DNA from: Methanomicrobiales archaeon
GTDB lineage: Archaea; Halobacteriota; Methanomicrobia; Methanomicrobiales; Methanoculleaceae
Length of the DNA: 33,202 bases
Direction: 5' to 3'
NCBI GenBank assembly: GCA_019136335.1
Contig: JAGVUK010000212.1
Location: 1-33,202 of the forward strand
This document shows positions 17,428 to 26,248 of the stretch, one piece after another. Within the stretch, counting starts at the first letter, position 1; each line of letters starts with the position of its first letter. A program made the position numbers and the translations under genes. Below the pieces are notes generated by a model that was not told the origin of the DNA, ran no database searches, and saw nothing but the letters and a program-made list of their open reading frames with translations.

Positions 17428-17500
17428 GGGCCCGTAGCATAGCCGGTGGTGCACCCGGCTGATAACCGGGAGGTCATGCGTTCGAATCGCATCGGGCCCA
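17428..17500 (+). tRNA. tRNA-Ile (GAU)
   Basis: Acceptor stem GGGCCCG/CGGGCCC, D stem GCAT/GTGC, anticodon stem CCCGG/CCGGG with loop CTGATAA (GAT 17461-17463), T arm ATGCG-TTCGAAT-CGCAT; no intron; CCA not encoded. Confidence 0.97.
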
Positions 17501-17503
17501 TCG

Positions 17504-17510
17504 TTCTTTT
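17504..17510 (+). terminator. Oligo-T terminator of tRNA-Ile
   Basis: TTCTTTT immediately after the tRNA. Confidence 0.5.
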
Positions 17511-17798
17511 CATTAAAGCACGCTGTATCCCGTTGTATCTCATCGCTGCCGCTCTTCATGCCGCTTTTCGTTGTAACTCCGGTTTTACGTCGGGTTCTCA
17601 AAAAAGAATGGTGAAGCGTGAGCGCACCTGTTTGGCCCGGTGGACCGTTGTATCCGACATCTCATGTGCACCGTTGCCGCTCACCTTGCCGTGAAGAGCA
17701 CGAAGGGGTGGTGTGAACGGTCGGGTGCCGCGGTTCACTCCTGCACCGCCCCTCACCACGCGGTACCCTCACCGGAAGAGAGTGCTGCCCGGAGTTCG

Positions 17799-17849
17799 CA
17801 CTCCACGGAAGGCCGTGCCAGGGGGGCACTCCCGGACACGGCTCATCCC
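17799..17849 (-). repeat. Partial copy of the dispersed repeat, abutting copy B
   Basis: Minus strand GGGATGAGCCGTGTCCGGGAGTGCCCC matches copy A 5271-5297 GGGATGAGCCGTGCCCGGGAGCGCCCC. Confidence 0.65.
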
Positions 17850-17850
17850 G

Positions 17851-18161
17851 CGGGCGGGGCGGGGTCGACGAGAAGTAAGGAATTTAGGGGTTGGAGACAG
17901 GGGGGATGATTCCCCCTCCCCGTCGGCCCCTCCCCCAATGAGGATATCCGCCACGGTCCACTGCAAGGCGAGACCCCGGAGAGGAACCGGATCCAGGCTT
18001 GCTCTCCCCTGCCCCTCCGGGAAACCGGCGCGAGGGGCGCTTCCGGGCACGGATTCCCACCGGATATCGCAAGCACTGCCCCTGCCCCCGGGAGGGGGCG
18101 GGGGAGGAGCGCGCAGCGCGGGAGGGGTGGGGGTTACCAAAGAATGGGTGTGAGTATCCCC
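17851..18161 (-). repeat. Dispersed GC-rich structured repeat, copy B
   Basis: Shares terminal GGGGATACTCA with copy A (5201-5211 vs 18161-18151), the 34-nt identical core, and the CCGGTTC..GTGGACCGTGG block. Confidence 0.85.
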
Positions 18162-18219
18162 TCCAGAGAGGCCGGGTAGGGTGGGGGAACATCGGAGGGG
18201 TGTAGGCGTATCTGCAGAG

Positions 18220-18275
18220 CCAGTCCCCACCTCCGTGGCGACAGCCGCCACGGTCCGCTCCATGGGAAAAATCCG
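18220..18275 (-). repeat. Partial copy of the dispersed repeat
   Basis: Plus strand GTCCCCACCTCCGTGGCGACAGCCGCCACGGTCCGCTCCATGGG parallels the reverse complement of copy A ~5368-5412 (GTCCCCTACCCCCGTGGCGATAGCCACCACGGTCCACTCCACGGG). Confidence 0.7.
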
Positions 18276-18644
18276 GATCCGGTACCTTTCCCCATCAGGG
18301 CGCGGGCACCGGGCAGCATCCGGGAATACAGAACCAACACACTACCGGTACCCCGGCCCACCCCAGAGCGGAGAAGAGTGTTGCCCCCAGAACGGCGTAT
18401 CGGCCTGCAGAGCCTCTCTTTGTACACGGCATCCTTTTTACCGTGCTCCCGGCATAACCTGCCTGGAAACGAAGATAGAGATGTCTGACGCCCACCGCCG
18501 GCATGGACGCCCGGTGTGCACCGCGACGGGATACCCGCGAGACGCCGAACCCTTCTGGGGAAAGACTTCACCGCCGGGACGGACCCATGGACCCAGGAAG
18601 GGGGTCTCTCGGACCCCCGGTAAAGAGAAGAGAGTGCAGCCGGG

Positions 18645-18851
18645 TTACGCGGACTTGACCGCGAGCTCGACATCTTCAGCCTTGATCGTCTTGCGTCCCG
18701 CGTGCTGGGCAAGCCTGTTGGCTTCCTTGGTCAGCTCGGCGATATACGCCTCAGCCTTCACGACAAGTGCAGCAGCAGCATCGCTGCCGACCCTCTCAGC
18801 ACCATTCTTCTTTGCGATCCGAACAACCGCAGCAATAGGTAGATCTGCCAT
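18645..18851 (-). CDS. Archaeal histone (HMf family), 68 aa
   Basis: MADLPIAAVVRIAKKNGAERV...AQHAGRKTIKAEDVELA; GAGGTGA Shine-Dalgarno upstream. Confidence 0.97.
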   Translation of the reverse strand: MADLPIAAVVRIAKKNGAERVGSDAAAALVVKAEAYIAELTKEANRLAQHAGRKTIKAEDVELAVKSA

Positions 18852-18889
18852 AATCAAATTTCACCTCTAAAAAGAGGTGTATGAGTTAA

Positions 18890-18906
18890 TATTTAAACAT
18901 TTCGGG
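18890..18906 (-). promoter_or_regulatory. BRE + TATA promoter of the histone gene
   Basis: Minus strand CCCGAAATG-TTTAAATA, ~40 nt upstream of the ATG. Confidence 0.65.
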
Positions 18907-19038
18907 ATTATTTCGAAAATTTGCGTTTCTCTTTCCTATCGGCGATGCTTATGGGCAGGGCATCCCGATACCCGGCATAAAATTGTGGCGATTGAAAAAG
19001 CGTTGGAAATTGGTTATTTCCTGAAGAGGAGGCGTCAT

Positions 19039-19803
19039 TCAGGATTTCCGGGATTCCGCTAACGATTTCGCGAGCAATATAGCATTCGTATAATCTGGTG
19101 AGGCGCGCGACGTATCCACGAAAATTTTATCGATATTTACCACCGGGGCACCATGTCCGACCCCGGATCCAAGGAACGTGAGTGTACGAAAGATCAGGTT
19201 ACCCGAGATCCCGTCGGGAGCGACGACCATCCCGTATCGCCTCACCGCCTCCTCGATCAGGATCTCGGTATGCTCTGCCCCGGTCAGGCGGGCGACAAGC
19301 TCGGCGTCCGCCATCGTCCGGTCGACGGCCGGGTGCCGCCCGAGGTCCCCAAGCCTCCCGCCCGAGAGGACAGCAACCCCCCCGGCAAGCCCGAAACTCC
19401 TGGCGATCTGGCGACCGCGTTCGACGAACCGGACCTTCTCAGCGACCGTCCAGCCCTCATCGACCCCGACCGGGGCGAGGAGAAAGAGGTGCCCGTCGGC
19501 GGTCTCGAGGAGAGCGATCCGCTCCAGGTGGTCGACACCTGCAGCCCCCTTGAGGGCCGCGAGCGTGGAAGATGCCGGCAGGGTGCCCCTGACGGCGGCG
19601 TCGATCTCGCCGGCGGCGAGAGCCTGGATGAGAGCGATCTGCGGTTGCTCCCCCTCAACGACCCTAACCCCTTCTCCAAACGAGCCGGCAGTTCCCGGGC
19701 AGGAAAAAAGAGTGAGATCAACCTCCCGGCCGACCGCCCGGACGGTCGCAAGGATCCTCTCGTCAGGGGATGCCGCACCAAGTCCGACCGCTACCGGCGG
19801 CAT
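19039..19803 (-). CDS. mtxX: Methanogenesis marker protein 4 / MtxX
   Basis: IDAAVRGTL, LLAPVGVDEG, VAVLSGGRLGDLGR, APDGISGNLIFRTL, FVDTSR. Confidence 0.92.
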   Translation of the reverse strand: MPPVAVGLGAASPDERILATVRAVGREVDLTLFSCPGTAGSFGEGVRVVEGEQPQIALIQALAAGEIDAAVRGTLPASSTLAALKGAAGVDHLERIALLETADGHLFLLAPVGVDEGWTVAEKVRFVERGRQIARSFGLAGGVAVLSGGRLGDLGRHPAVDRTMADAELVARLTGAEHTEILIEEAVRRYGMVVAPDGISGNLIFRTLTFLGSGVGHGAPVVNIDKIFVDTSRASPDYTNAILLAKSLAESRKS

Positions 19804-20804
19804 ACATCCCCTTCAGTGAAGATCTGCATGATGCCGTCCTGGTCCAGGTCAAAGACCTGCGTCTCCCGTCCCAGGTACCTGACGGTCAGCCTCCGGCTCC
19901 CGTTCACCTCCCCGATAGGAGCCGCGGTGATGCCGACACCGGCAAACCGGCGGCAGACCTCCTCCACGTTCTCCTCCTTCACGGTCAGGATGAACCCCAT
20001 GCCGGGATACATGCGTACCCACTGCTCGAAGGAGAGGTCAAGGGCGGAGAGATCCGGCCGGGGTATCGCCTCAAGGTCGACCACCGCGCCCTTCTCGCTC
20101 ACCTCAAGGAGCATCCCGAGCGTCCCGATGACACCCGGGTTGCTGATGTCCTTGCCGGCCGTCACCAGGCGCTCTTTCCCGAGTTCCTCCATCACCCGGA
20201 TCTGGGCCCGCACCACCTCCGCCGGTTTCATCGTGACGGAGTCCCAGTTGAAACAGCACGACGGGTGAACCCGGCCGTCGAGATCGATCGCCGCGACCAC
20301 CCGGTCACCCTCCTCTGCCGTATCCGAGAAGATGATCTGGTCCATCCGAGCCGTCCCGAGGATCGCCACATCCACGACGCTGTACGGCGTCTCAGGGTGC
20401 AGGTGCCCGCCCACGATCGGGACGCCGAACTGAGCGGATGCGGCAACCATGCCCCGGGTCACGTCGTCGCGGATCGTGTCGTTCGTGACGGAGAGGATAT
20501 CGACCATCGCAACGGGCTTCCCCCCCATAGCGGCGATATCGTGAACGTTCACGAGCACCGCACAGTACCCTGCCCAGAACGGATCCGCCTCCATGAGCTT
20601 GCTCCAGATACCGTCTGCCGCAAGCAACAGCGCATCCTCTCCGTTATGCCGGATGACCGCGGCGTCTTCGCCGAACGAGGCGACGACATCGGGGCTCTCG
20701 ATCCGGAGGGACCGGACCATATCCCCGATTGCCCGCTTCCGGGTAACGCCTTCATATTCCCTGACGGCCTGTGCTACCGTATCTGTGGAGCAATCTTTCA
20801 CCAC
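19791..20804 (-). CDS. Methanogenesis marker protein 2 (PurM/AIR synthase-related)
   Basis: FGEDAAVI, AADGIW, VNVHDIAAMGG, GGHLHP, GKDISNPG; GTG start; overlaps mtxX by 13 nt. Confidence 0.9.
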   Translation of the reverse strand: MVKDCSTDTVAQAVREYEGVTRKRAIGDMVRSLRIESPDVVASFGEDAAVIRHNGEDALLLAADGIWSKLMEADPFWAGYCAVLVNVHDIAAMGGKPVAMVDILSVTNDTIRDDVTRGMVAASAQFGVPIVGGHLHPETPYSVVDVAILGTARMDQIIFSDTAEEGDRVVAAIDLDGRVHPSCCFNWDSVTMKPAEVVRAQIRVMEELGKERLVTAGKDISNPGVIGTLGMLLEVSEKGAVVDLEAIPRPDLSALDLSFEQWVRMYPGMGFILTVKEENVEEVCRRFAGVGITAAPIGEVNGSRRLTVRYLGRETQVFDLDQDGIMQIFTEGDVCRR

Positions 20805-21052
20805 AAGAACACCAACACTCCACTTTTCTTTATGGTATTCTGCCTCATCAGAGATAATGTATTTGATTCACCAGTAATATGCACTCTGCTCCAGGAACCG
20901 ATAGCCGGCAGCACAGCACACCCGGTCTGGATCAGGGAGAGGCCTCCCGCAGGTATTCTGCCATGAAACGGCAGCCCCCCGCCGCGTCATCCCGGAACGA
21001 TATGCCCTTCTCCGGGGTTGTATTTTTGATGCACCGCGTCGTATAGATCTTT

Positions 21053-22402
21053 ATGGACTGGGCGGAGAAGTACAGGCCGCAGCATCTTCAGGACGTTGTG
21101 GGGAACGCCGGCGCCGTCAGGCAGATGTACGAGTGGGCGCGGGACTGGTCGCGGCAGAAGAAACCGCTCGTCCTGTACGGGAAACCCGGTATCGGCAAGA
21201 CCTCAAGCGCGTACGCCCTTGCAAACGACATGAACTGGGAGGTGGTGGAACTGAACGCCTCCGACCAGCGGACGAAACCGGCCCTCGAGCGGGTGGCGGG
21301 TTCCGGGTCGACCACGGCCACCCTTTCCGGCGCGAGCCAAAAACTCATCCTGCTCGACGAGGCCGACAACCTGCACGGGCAGGCTGACCGGGGCGGGGCG
21401 AAGGCGATCGTGGAGATCATCGCGGCGTCAAGGCAGCCCATCATCCTGATAGCAAACGACTACTACTCCCTCTCGCGAGACCTCAAAGCGGCCACGGAGC
21501 CGGTGCAGTTCCGGGCGCTCCAGGCCCGCTCGATCGTCCCCCGTCTTCGCCACATCTGTGCCGCAGAGGGCGTGGCGTGCGACCCCGCCGCACTCGACGA
21601 TATCGCCGAACGCGCCGGCGGCGATATGCGGGCGGCGGTGAACATGCTCTACGCCGCGGCTATCGGGAAGGAGCGCCTCGCGGCGGGCGACGTCCACACC
21701 TCCGCAAAGGACGAGCGGTCCACCATCTTCGAGCTCGTCGGTGGGGTCTTTAAGGGGCGGGGAGACGCCGACCTGCTCCGCATGGCGGTGGAGGTCGAAG
21801 ATACCCCCGACACCATCGAGCAGTGGCTCGAAGGAAATATCGATTATATCCCCGATCTCGCCTCCCGCGCGAAGGGCTATGCCTGCCTTGCAAGGGCGGA
21901 CGAGTATATCGGCCGGACGTTCCGGCGGCAGTACTACACCCTCTGGCGATACGCAAGCGCGGTGATGCTCCTTGGCGTCGCCGATGCCGCCGGCGGGCGC
22001 GGCGTCCGCGGCCGCATCATGCCCCCTTCGCGCTGGCAGAAGATGGGGGCATCAAAGAAGCAGAAGACGGTCCGGGCGGGCCTGACGCGGAAGCTCAGCG
22101 AGATGACGCATATCCCGGAGGATGCCCTCCGCGAAGACTTCTTCACCGTGATCGGCATCCTCGTTGAGCAGGACCCGAAAGGCTACGTCCGCGAGTTCGG
22201 ACTCGACGCCGACGAACTGAACCTCTTCATCCATGATAAGGCCCGTGCCGCAAAGATCGTCAAAGACGTGGCAAAAGAAGGGAAGGCAAAAGAGAAGAAG
22301 GTGTCCGGGAAAGAGAAGGCGTCCGACAGGAAAACCCAGAACGACGATCCTCCCGAAGAGACGCGCCGGGACCTCCCGCAGGGCCAGGCGACGCTCTTTT
22401 AA
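21053..22402 (+). CDS. rfcL: Replication factor C large subunit
   Basis: [36 protein letters not shown]; Lys-rich tail ending in PIP-like QATLF. Confidence 0.96.
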   Translation: MDWAEKYRPQHLQDVVGNAGAVRQMYEWARDWSRQKKPLVLYGKPGIGKTSSAYALANDMNWEVVELNASDQRTKPALERVAGSGSTTATLSGASQKLILLDEADNLHGQADRGGAKAIVEIIAASRQPIILIANDYYSLSRDLKAATEPVQFRALQARSIVPRLRHICAAEGVACDPAALDDIAERAGGDMRAAVNMLYAAAIGKERLAAGDVHTSAKDERSTIFELVGGVFKGRGDADLLRMAVEVEDTPDTIEQWLEGNIDYIPDLASRAKGYACLARADEYIGRTFRRQYYTLWRYASAVMLLGVADAAGGRGVRGRIMPPSRWQKMGASKKQKTVRAGLTRKLSEMTHIPEDALREDFFTVIGILVEQDPKGYVREFGLDADELNLFIHDKARAAKIVKDVAKEGKAKEKKVSGKEKASDRKTQNDDPPEETRRDLPQGQATLF

Positions 22403-22806
22403 GGGCAGCGGCGGTGGTAGCGGTGGAGGAGGACCGGGCCGCAGTCCACGACATCGCCGCCGTCCTCGTAGATCTCGCACCCCAGGTGGTAGACCAGGAG
22501 GTCGCAGTTGGTCCGGGAAGCAAGCGCGATCAGCGGCGGGACCATCTCCACGCCGGGGCGCACGGCGTAGATCAGGTCCGCGCCCGCGTATAGCCTGTGG
22601 TCGGGCTCGAAGATATCGTCGGTCACCACGGTGAGTCCGTCGTGGCGGATGCCGGGCCTGATGTCGGTGCAGAGCATAAGGCCGCCGGCGGCCGCGATCA
22701 CGCGTGCGGCGTCGGGGTTGTTGCCGATGCCCACTTCCACGGCGCGCCGGTAGCGGCCGGCGATATACTCCCCGATACCCCGTTCAATACGTTTATAGTG
22801 ACGCAT
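22399..22806 (-). CDS. UPF0146 family protein
   Basis: [25 protein letters not shown] pattern of the archaeal UPF0146 family. Confidence 0.85.
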   Translation of the reverse strand: MRHYKRIERGIGEYIAGRYRRAVEVGIGNNPDAARVIAAAGGLMLCTDIRPGIRHDGLTVVTDDIFEPDHRLYAGADLIYAVRPGVEMVPPLIALASRTNCDLLVYHLGCEIYEDGGDVVDCGPVLLHRYHRRCP

Positions 22807-22823
22807 TACCCAGAGATTAGACA

Positions 22824-23363
22824 ATGGGCATCAATATTCTTTGGGACCGGCAGGCTCCGGAAGGCATCGAGCTCCCGGTCGCCCGGATGATCGAGATGAT
22901 CCTCGGGAGGGAGGCCGGGTTCGTCGAGTACCCGCTCCTCATCGACGGCTACGACAGGAACCGCAACCAGCACGATGCTCAAAAGATCCTGGACCGCCTG
23001 CAGGACACCCTCACTCGCAGGTACGAGGTTGCCGGCCCCCTGCTCCTCGTCACCTCCCGCGACCTCTACGTCAACGGGTGCGACTTCGTCTTCGGTCTCG
23101 CGAGGCCGGCAAGCGGCGTCGCCGTCGTCTCGACCGCCCGCCTCGGGAACAGCTACTACGGCAGGACGCCGGACGATGCCGACCTGATCGACCGGACCGC
23201 AAAAGAGGGAGCGCACGAGGTCGGGCACCTCCTCGGGCTCGGGCACTGCGAAAACCCCGAGTGCGTCATGTTCCGGCCGCGGACGCTGGACGAACTGGAC
23301 CGGAAGAAGAAGATGCTCTGTCCGGCCTGCAGGGAAGCAGCGGGTTCCGGGCGGGAGGGGTGA
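22824..23363 (+). CDS. amzA: Archaemetzincin (peptidase M54)
   Basis: FVFGLA, VSTARL, KEGAHEVGHLLGLGHC-x4-CVM...LCPAC. Confidence 0.93.
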   Translation: MGINILWDRQAPEGIELPVARMIEMILGREAGFVEYPLLIDGYDRNRNQHDAQKILDRLQDTLTRRYEVAGPLLLVTSRDLYVNGCDFVFGLARPASGVAVVSTARLGNSYYGRTPDDADLIDRTAKEGAHEVGHLLGLGHCENPECVMFRPRTLDELDRKKKMLCPACREAAGSGREG

Positions 23364-23493
23364 GGGCAACCTCCCGGCCTGGAGTCGGCAACTCCTGCCG
23401 GGGACGCCTCATGGTGTTCCGGGAGAGAGCCCGGCAGGGCCGGACGGGCAAAGTATTAAACGAAAGTTCCGGAAAACGTAAAGGTGAATTACA

Positions 23494-24036
23494 ATGGGAT
23501 ACTCTTCTTCCTTGATCCAGCGAAAGTTCAAAGACATCGTCGGGCGGCGCTACGAGGCGGTCCTCAAGGATTACAGCGAGTTTCTGCTGACCGACGAGGA
23601 GATGCTCGTCCCGGAAGTCCGGTCGATCCTGATCCCGCTCGACCTCTTCGTCCATGATATCACCGACGAGGCGATCGAGGTGCTCTCCGCCTATAACGCC
23701 ACCATAACGCTTGCCTACATCACCGACGCTGGAGTGATCGAACTCCTCGAGCAGGCGCTCAACCATGCATCGACGGAAGAGTTCCGGGCAAAGAAGGAAG
23801 AGTACGGTCGGGAACTTCTCGACCGGACCACGGCAAAGCTCAAAGGCCATGGTTTCCCGGTCCAGACGCGGATGTTTATCGGGCATAAAGGCGACGACGT
23901 CGTCCGGATGGCGAAGAACCACGACATGGTCGCGCTCTGCCGGCGTTATGCCGACGGCGAGTCGACCGACGTCTCGGTCAGCCCGATCGTCCTGCGCATC
24001 TGCCAGCGGGTGGAGACCCCGGCGCTCATCTACTGA
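23494..24036 (+). CDS. Universal stress protein (divergent)
   Basis: ILIPLD, ITLAYITD, GHKGDDVVRMAKNHDMV, PIVLRICQRVETPALIY; AGGTGA SD at 23482-23487. Confidence 0.8.
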   Translation: MGYSSSLIQRKFKDIVGRRYEAVLKDYSEFLLTDEEMLVPEVRSILIPLDLFVHDITDEAIEVLSAYNATITLAYITDAGVIELLEQALNHASTEEFRAKKEEYGRELLDRTTAKLKGHGFPVQTRMFIGHKGDDVVRMAKNHDMVALCRRYADGESTDVSVSPIVLRICQRVETPALIY

Positions 24037-24047
24037 CGGGTGCATCA

Positions 24048-25370
24048 ATGGATACTGTTGCGCTGATCGCCGTAGCGGTCTTTCTCTTCACCTACGCACT
24101 CATCATCGACGAGCGGATCCACCGGGCGGTCGCCGCCATGCTCGGGGCGGCGATCGTCGTCTTCCTCGGGGTCGTCCCCTGGGAGGCGCTCCTGGAACAC
24201 GTCGACTTCGGGACGATCTTCCTGCTCCTCGGGATGATGATCATCGTCAATACCGCCCGGGGGAGCGGCCTCTTCGAGTTTATCGCGATAAGGACGGCAA
24301 AACTCGCGAACGGGAGCCCGATCCGGGTCCTCGTCCTCTTTGCGCTCGTGACCGCAGTGGTGAGCGCGTTCCTCGATAATGTCACCACCGTCCTCCTTCT
24401 CACCCCGATGCTCCTCTACGTCGCGAGGGTGATGAAACTCAACCCCGTCCCCTTTCTGGTCACGGAGATCTTTGCCTCGAACATCGGCGGGGCGGCGACG
24501 CTCATCGGCGACCCCCCAAACATCATGATCGCCTCCTCTGCCGGGCTGACGTTCAACGAGTTCCTGATCCATCTTGCCCCCATCATGGTCGTCGATATGG
24601 CGATCCTCCTCCTGATGATGTACCTCATCTACGGCCGGTCGATGAAAGTGAACGCCGATGAGCGCAGGGAGATGGTCCGGACGCTCAATAATCTGGACGA
24701 ACGGGCGGCAATCACAGATCGGGCGCTCTTCCGGAAGTCGGTGACTGTCATTGCGTTTGTGGTCCTCCTCTTCTTTATCCACGATCGCATCGGTGAGATC
24801 CTGCATATCTTCCTGCCGTTCGTCGACCCGGCGATGGGGCTTGAGCCTGCGGAGGTGGCCCTCATCGGGGCGGCGATCCTCCTCTTCTGGAGCCGGCAGT
24901 CCCCTGAGGAGATCTTTGAGAAGATCGAGTGGCCGGCCCTCTTCTTCTTCGGCGGCCTCTTCGTCATCGTCGGCGCCCTTGTCGAGACCGGCGTCATCGC
25001 GAGCATCGCCGCGGTCATGGTCGAGAACGTCGGGTCGACTGGCGAAGCGATGTTCATCGTGACCTGGTTTGCCGCGATCGCCTCGGCGATCGTTGACAAC
25101 ATTCCCCTGACCGCGGCGATGATCCCGCTCATCCACGACCTCGGGGCGACGATGGATGTCTACCCGCTCTGGTGGTCGCTTGCCCTCGGCGCCTGCCTCG
25201 GCGGGAACGGTACCGCCATCGGGGCATCGGCAAACGTCGTCGTTATCGGTATCGCCGAGCGCGAGGGGATCGGCATCACCTTCATCGATTTCCTGAAAGT
25301 GGGGATGCTGGTGCTCTTCGTGACGGTGGGGGTAGGGTTTGGGATGCTCTGGCTGACATTTGGGATGTGA
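24048..25370 (+). CDS. ArsB/NhaD (IT superfamily) anion permease
   Basis: SAFLDNVTTVLL, SNIGGAATLIGDPPN, SAIVDNIP, GGNGTAIGASAN; many TM helices. Confidence 0.92.
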   Translation: MDTVALIAVAVFLFTYALIIDERIHRAVAAMLGAAIVVFLGVVPWEALLEHVDFGTIFLLLGMMIIVNTARGSGLFEFIAIRTAKLANGSPIRVLVLFALVTAVVSAFLDNVTTVLLLTPMLLYVARVMKLNPVPFLVTEIFASNIGGAATLIGDPPNIMIASSAGLTFNEFLIHLAPIMVVDMAILLLMMYLIYGRSMKVNADERREMVRTLNNLDERAAITDRALFRKSVTVIAFVVLLFFIHDRIGEILHIFLPFVDPAMGLEPAEVALIGAAILLFWSRQSPEEIFEKIEWPALFFFGGLFVIVGALVETGVIASIAAVMVENVGSTGEAMFIVTWFAAIASAIVDNIPLTAAMIPLIHDLGATMDVYPLWWSLALGACLGGNGTAIGASANVVVIGIAEREGIGITFIDFLKVGMLVLFVTVGVGFGMLWLTFGM

Positions 25371-25375
25371 ACGAC

Positions 25376-25825
25376 ATGAAGATTCTCGTGCTGATCGATG
25401 GTTCGAAGTGGAGTCAGAAAGCGGCTCTCCACGCAAGTGAGGTGGCGAAGCGGAAGAATGCCGAGGTGGTCCTCTTCTCGGTGCTGGACATTGCGGAGGC
25501 CAAAGCGATGGCGTTCAACTTCTGTGCCCAGAGTGGCATCTGCGACAGGCTGAGAGATTATGAGAGCCGGATCTGGGCGGATATGCACAAGAGCACCGAG
25601 GATGACCTCGCCGGCATCCTCTCCCGCTATACGGGGGAGAAGGTCCGATGCTCGTCGAAGATCGTCGAGGGTCGCGTCAGGGACGAGGTCGTCAGAGAGG
25701 CGAACTCCGGCGAATACGGGCTGGTCGTCATGGGGGCTTTCGGCAAGAGCGGGAAGACCCGGATCGGCGCCCTGCTCGAAGACATCGGTGGTGCAATCAG
25801 GTCGCCGCTGCTCGTCGTCCGTTAG
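25376..25825 (+). CDS. Universal stress protein
   Basis: MKILVLIDGSKWSQKA, VEGRV, LVVMGAFG, PLLVVR; followed by a T-tract at ~25831. Confidence 0.9.
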   Translation: MKILVLIDGSKWSQKAALHASEVAKRKNAEVVLFSVLDIAEAKAMAFNFCAQSGICDRLRDYESRIWADMHKSTEDDLAGILSRYTGEKVRCSSKIVEGRVRDEVVREANSGEYGLVVMGAFGKSGKTRIGALLEDIGGAIRSPLLVVR

Positions 25826-25924
25826 ACCTCTTTTTTGGCCCGGTCACCCCGCACGAAGGGTGACGGTATGAGGCCGCCGGATCCACGGGGTTCGGGTTCT
25901 TCGCGAAGGCGGTCGGGCAGGGGA

Positions 25925-26178
25925 TGCAGGAGAGGAACGTAAGGGTACCTACCTCCGGGGAGGGGGGCGAGCTCCCTCCCCGGTCCCCATTCCCCGTGGC
26001 AATAGCCACCCCGGTCCAGTGCACGGGGAGATCCGGGGGAGGGGCCGGGCCCGGGCTCGCACTCCCCCCTTCTCCCGGGAAACCGCCGCCAGCACCACCC
26101 CCTGGCACGGCTTATCCCCGGATATCGCCACGCACTACCCCCGCCCCCACCCGGGGGCGGGGATGGGAGATGCCGGAG
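25925..26178 (-). repeat. Dispersed GC-rich structured repeat, copy C
   Basis: Minus strand CTCCGGCATC...TGGCGATATCCGGGGATAAGCCGTGCC...GGATCTCCCCGTGCACTGGACCGGGGTGGCTATTGCCACGGGG...GGGGACCGGGGAGGGAG...ACGTTCCT is colinear with copy A 5220-5471. Confidence 0.85.
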
Positions 26179-26248
26179 CGGAACGCACACCCGGCGCGGG
26201 CGGGGGCGGAGAGCAGCGTCGCGCCCCCGGCGATCCGGAACCGGTGCG

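Noticed and set aside
17521-17692. Degenerate direct duplication (CCGTTGTATC...ATCTCAT...TGCCGCTC...TGCCG) downstream of the tRNA; possible CRISPR remnant or ncRNA
   Set aside because: Only two poorly matching units, with no regular spacing, no cas genes and no recognisable RNA family.
17428-18644. tRNA-Ile as an integration site for an island or provirus
   Set aside because: No integrase and no duplicated tRNA 3' end seen; only ~1.1 kb of repeat-rich DNA follows.
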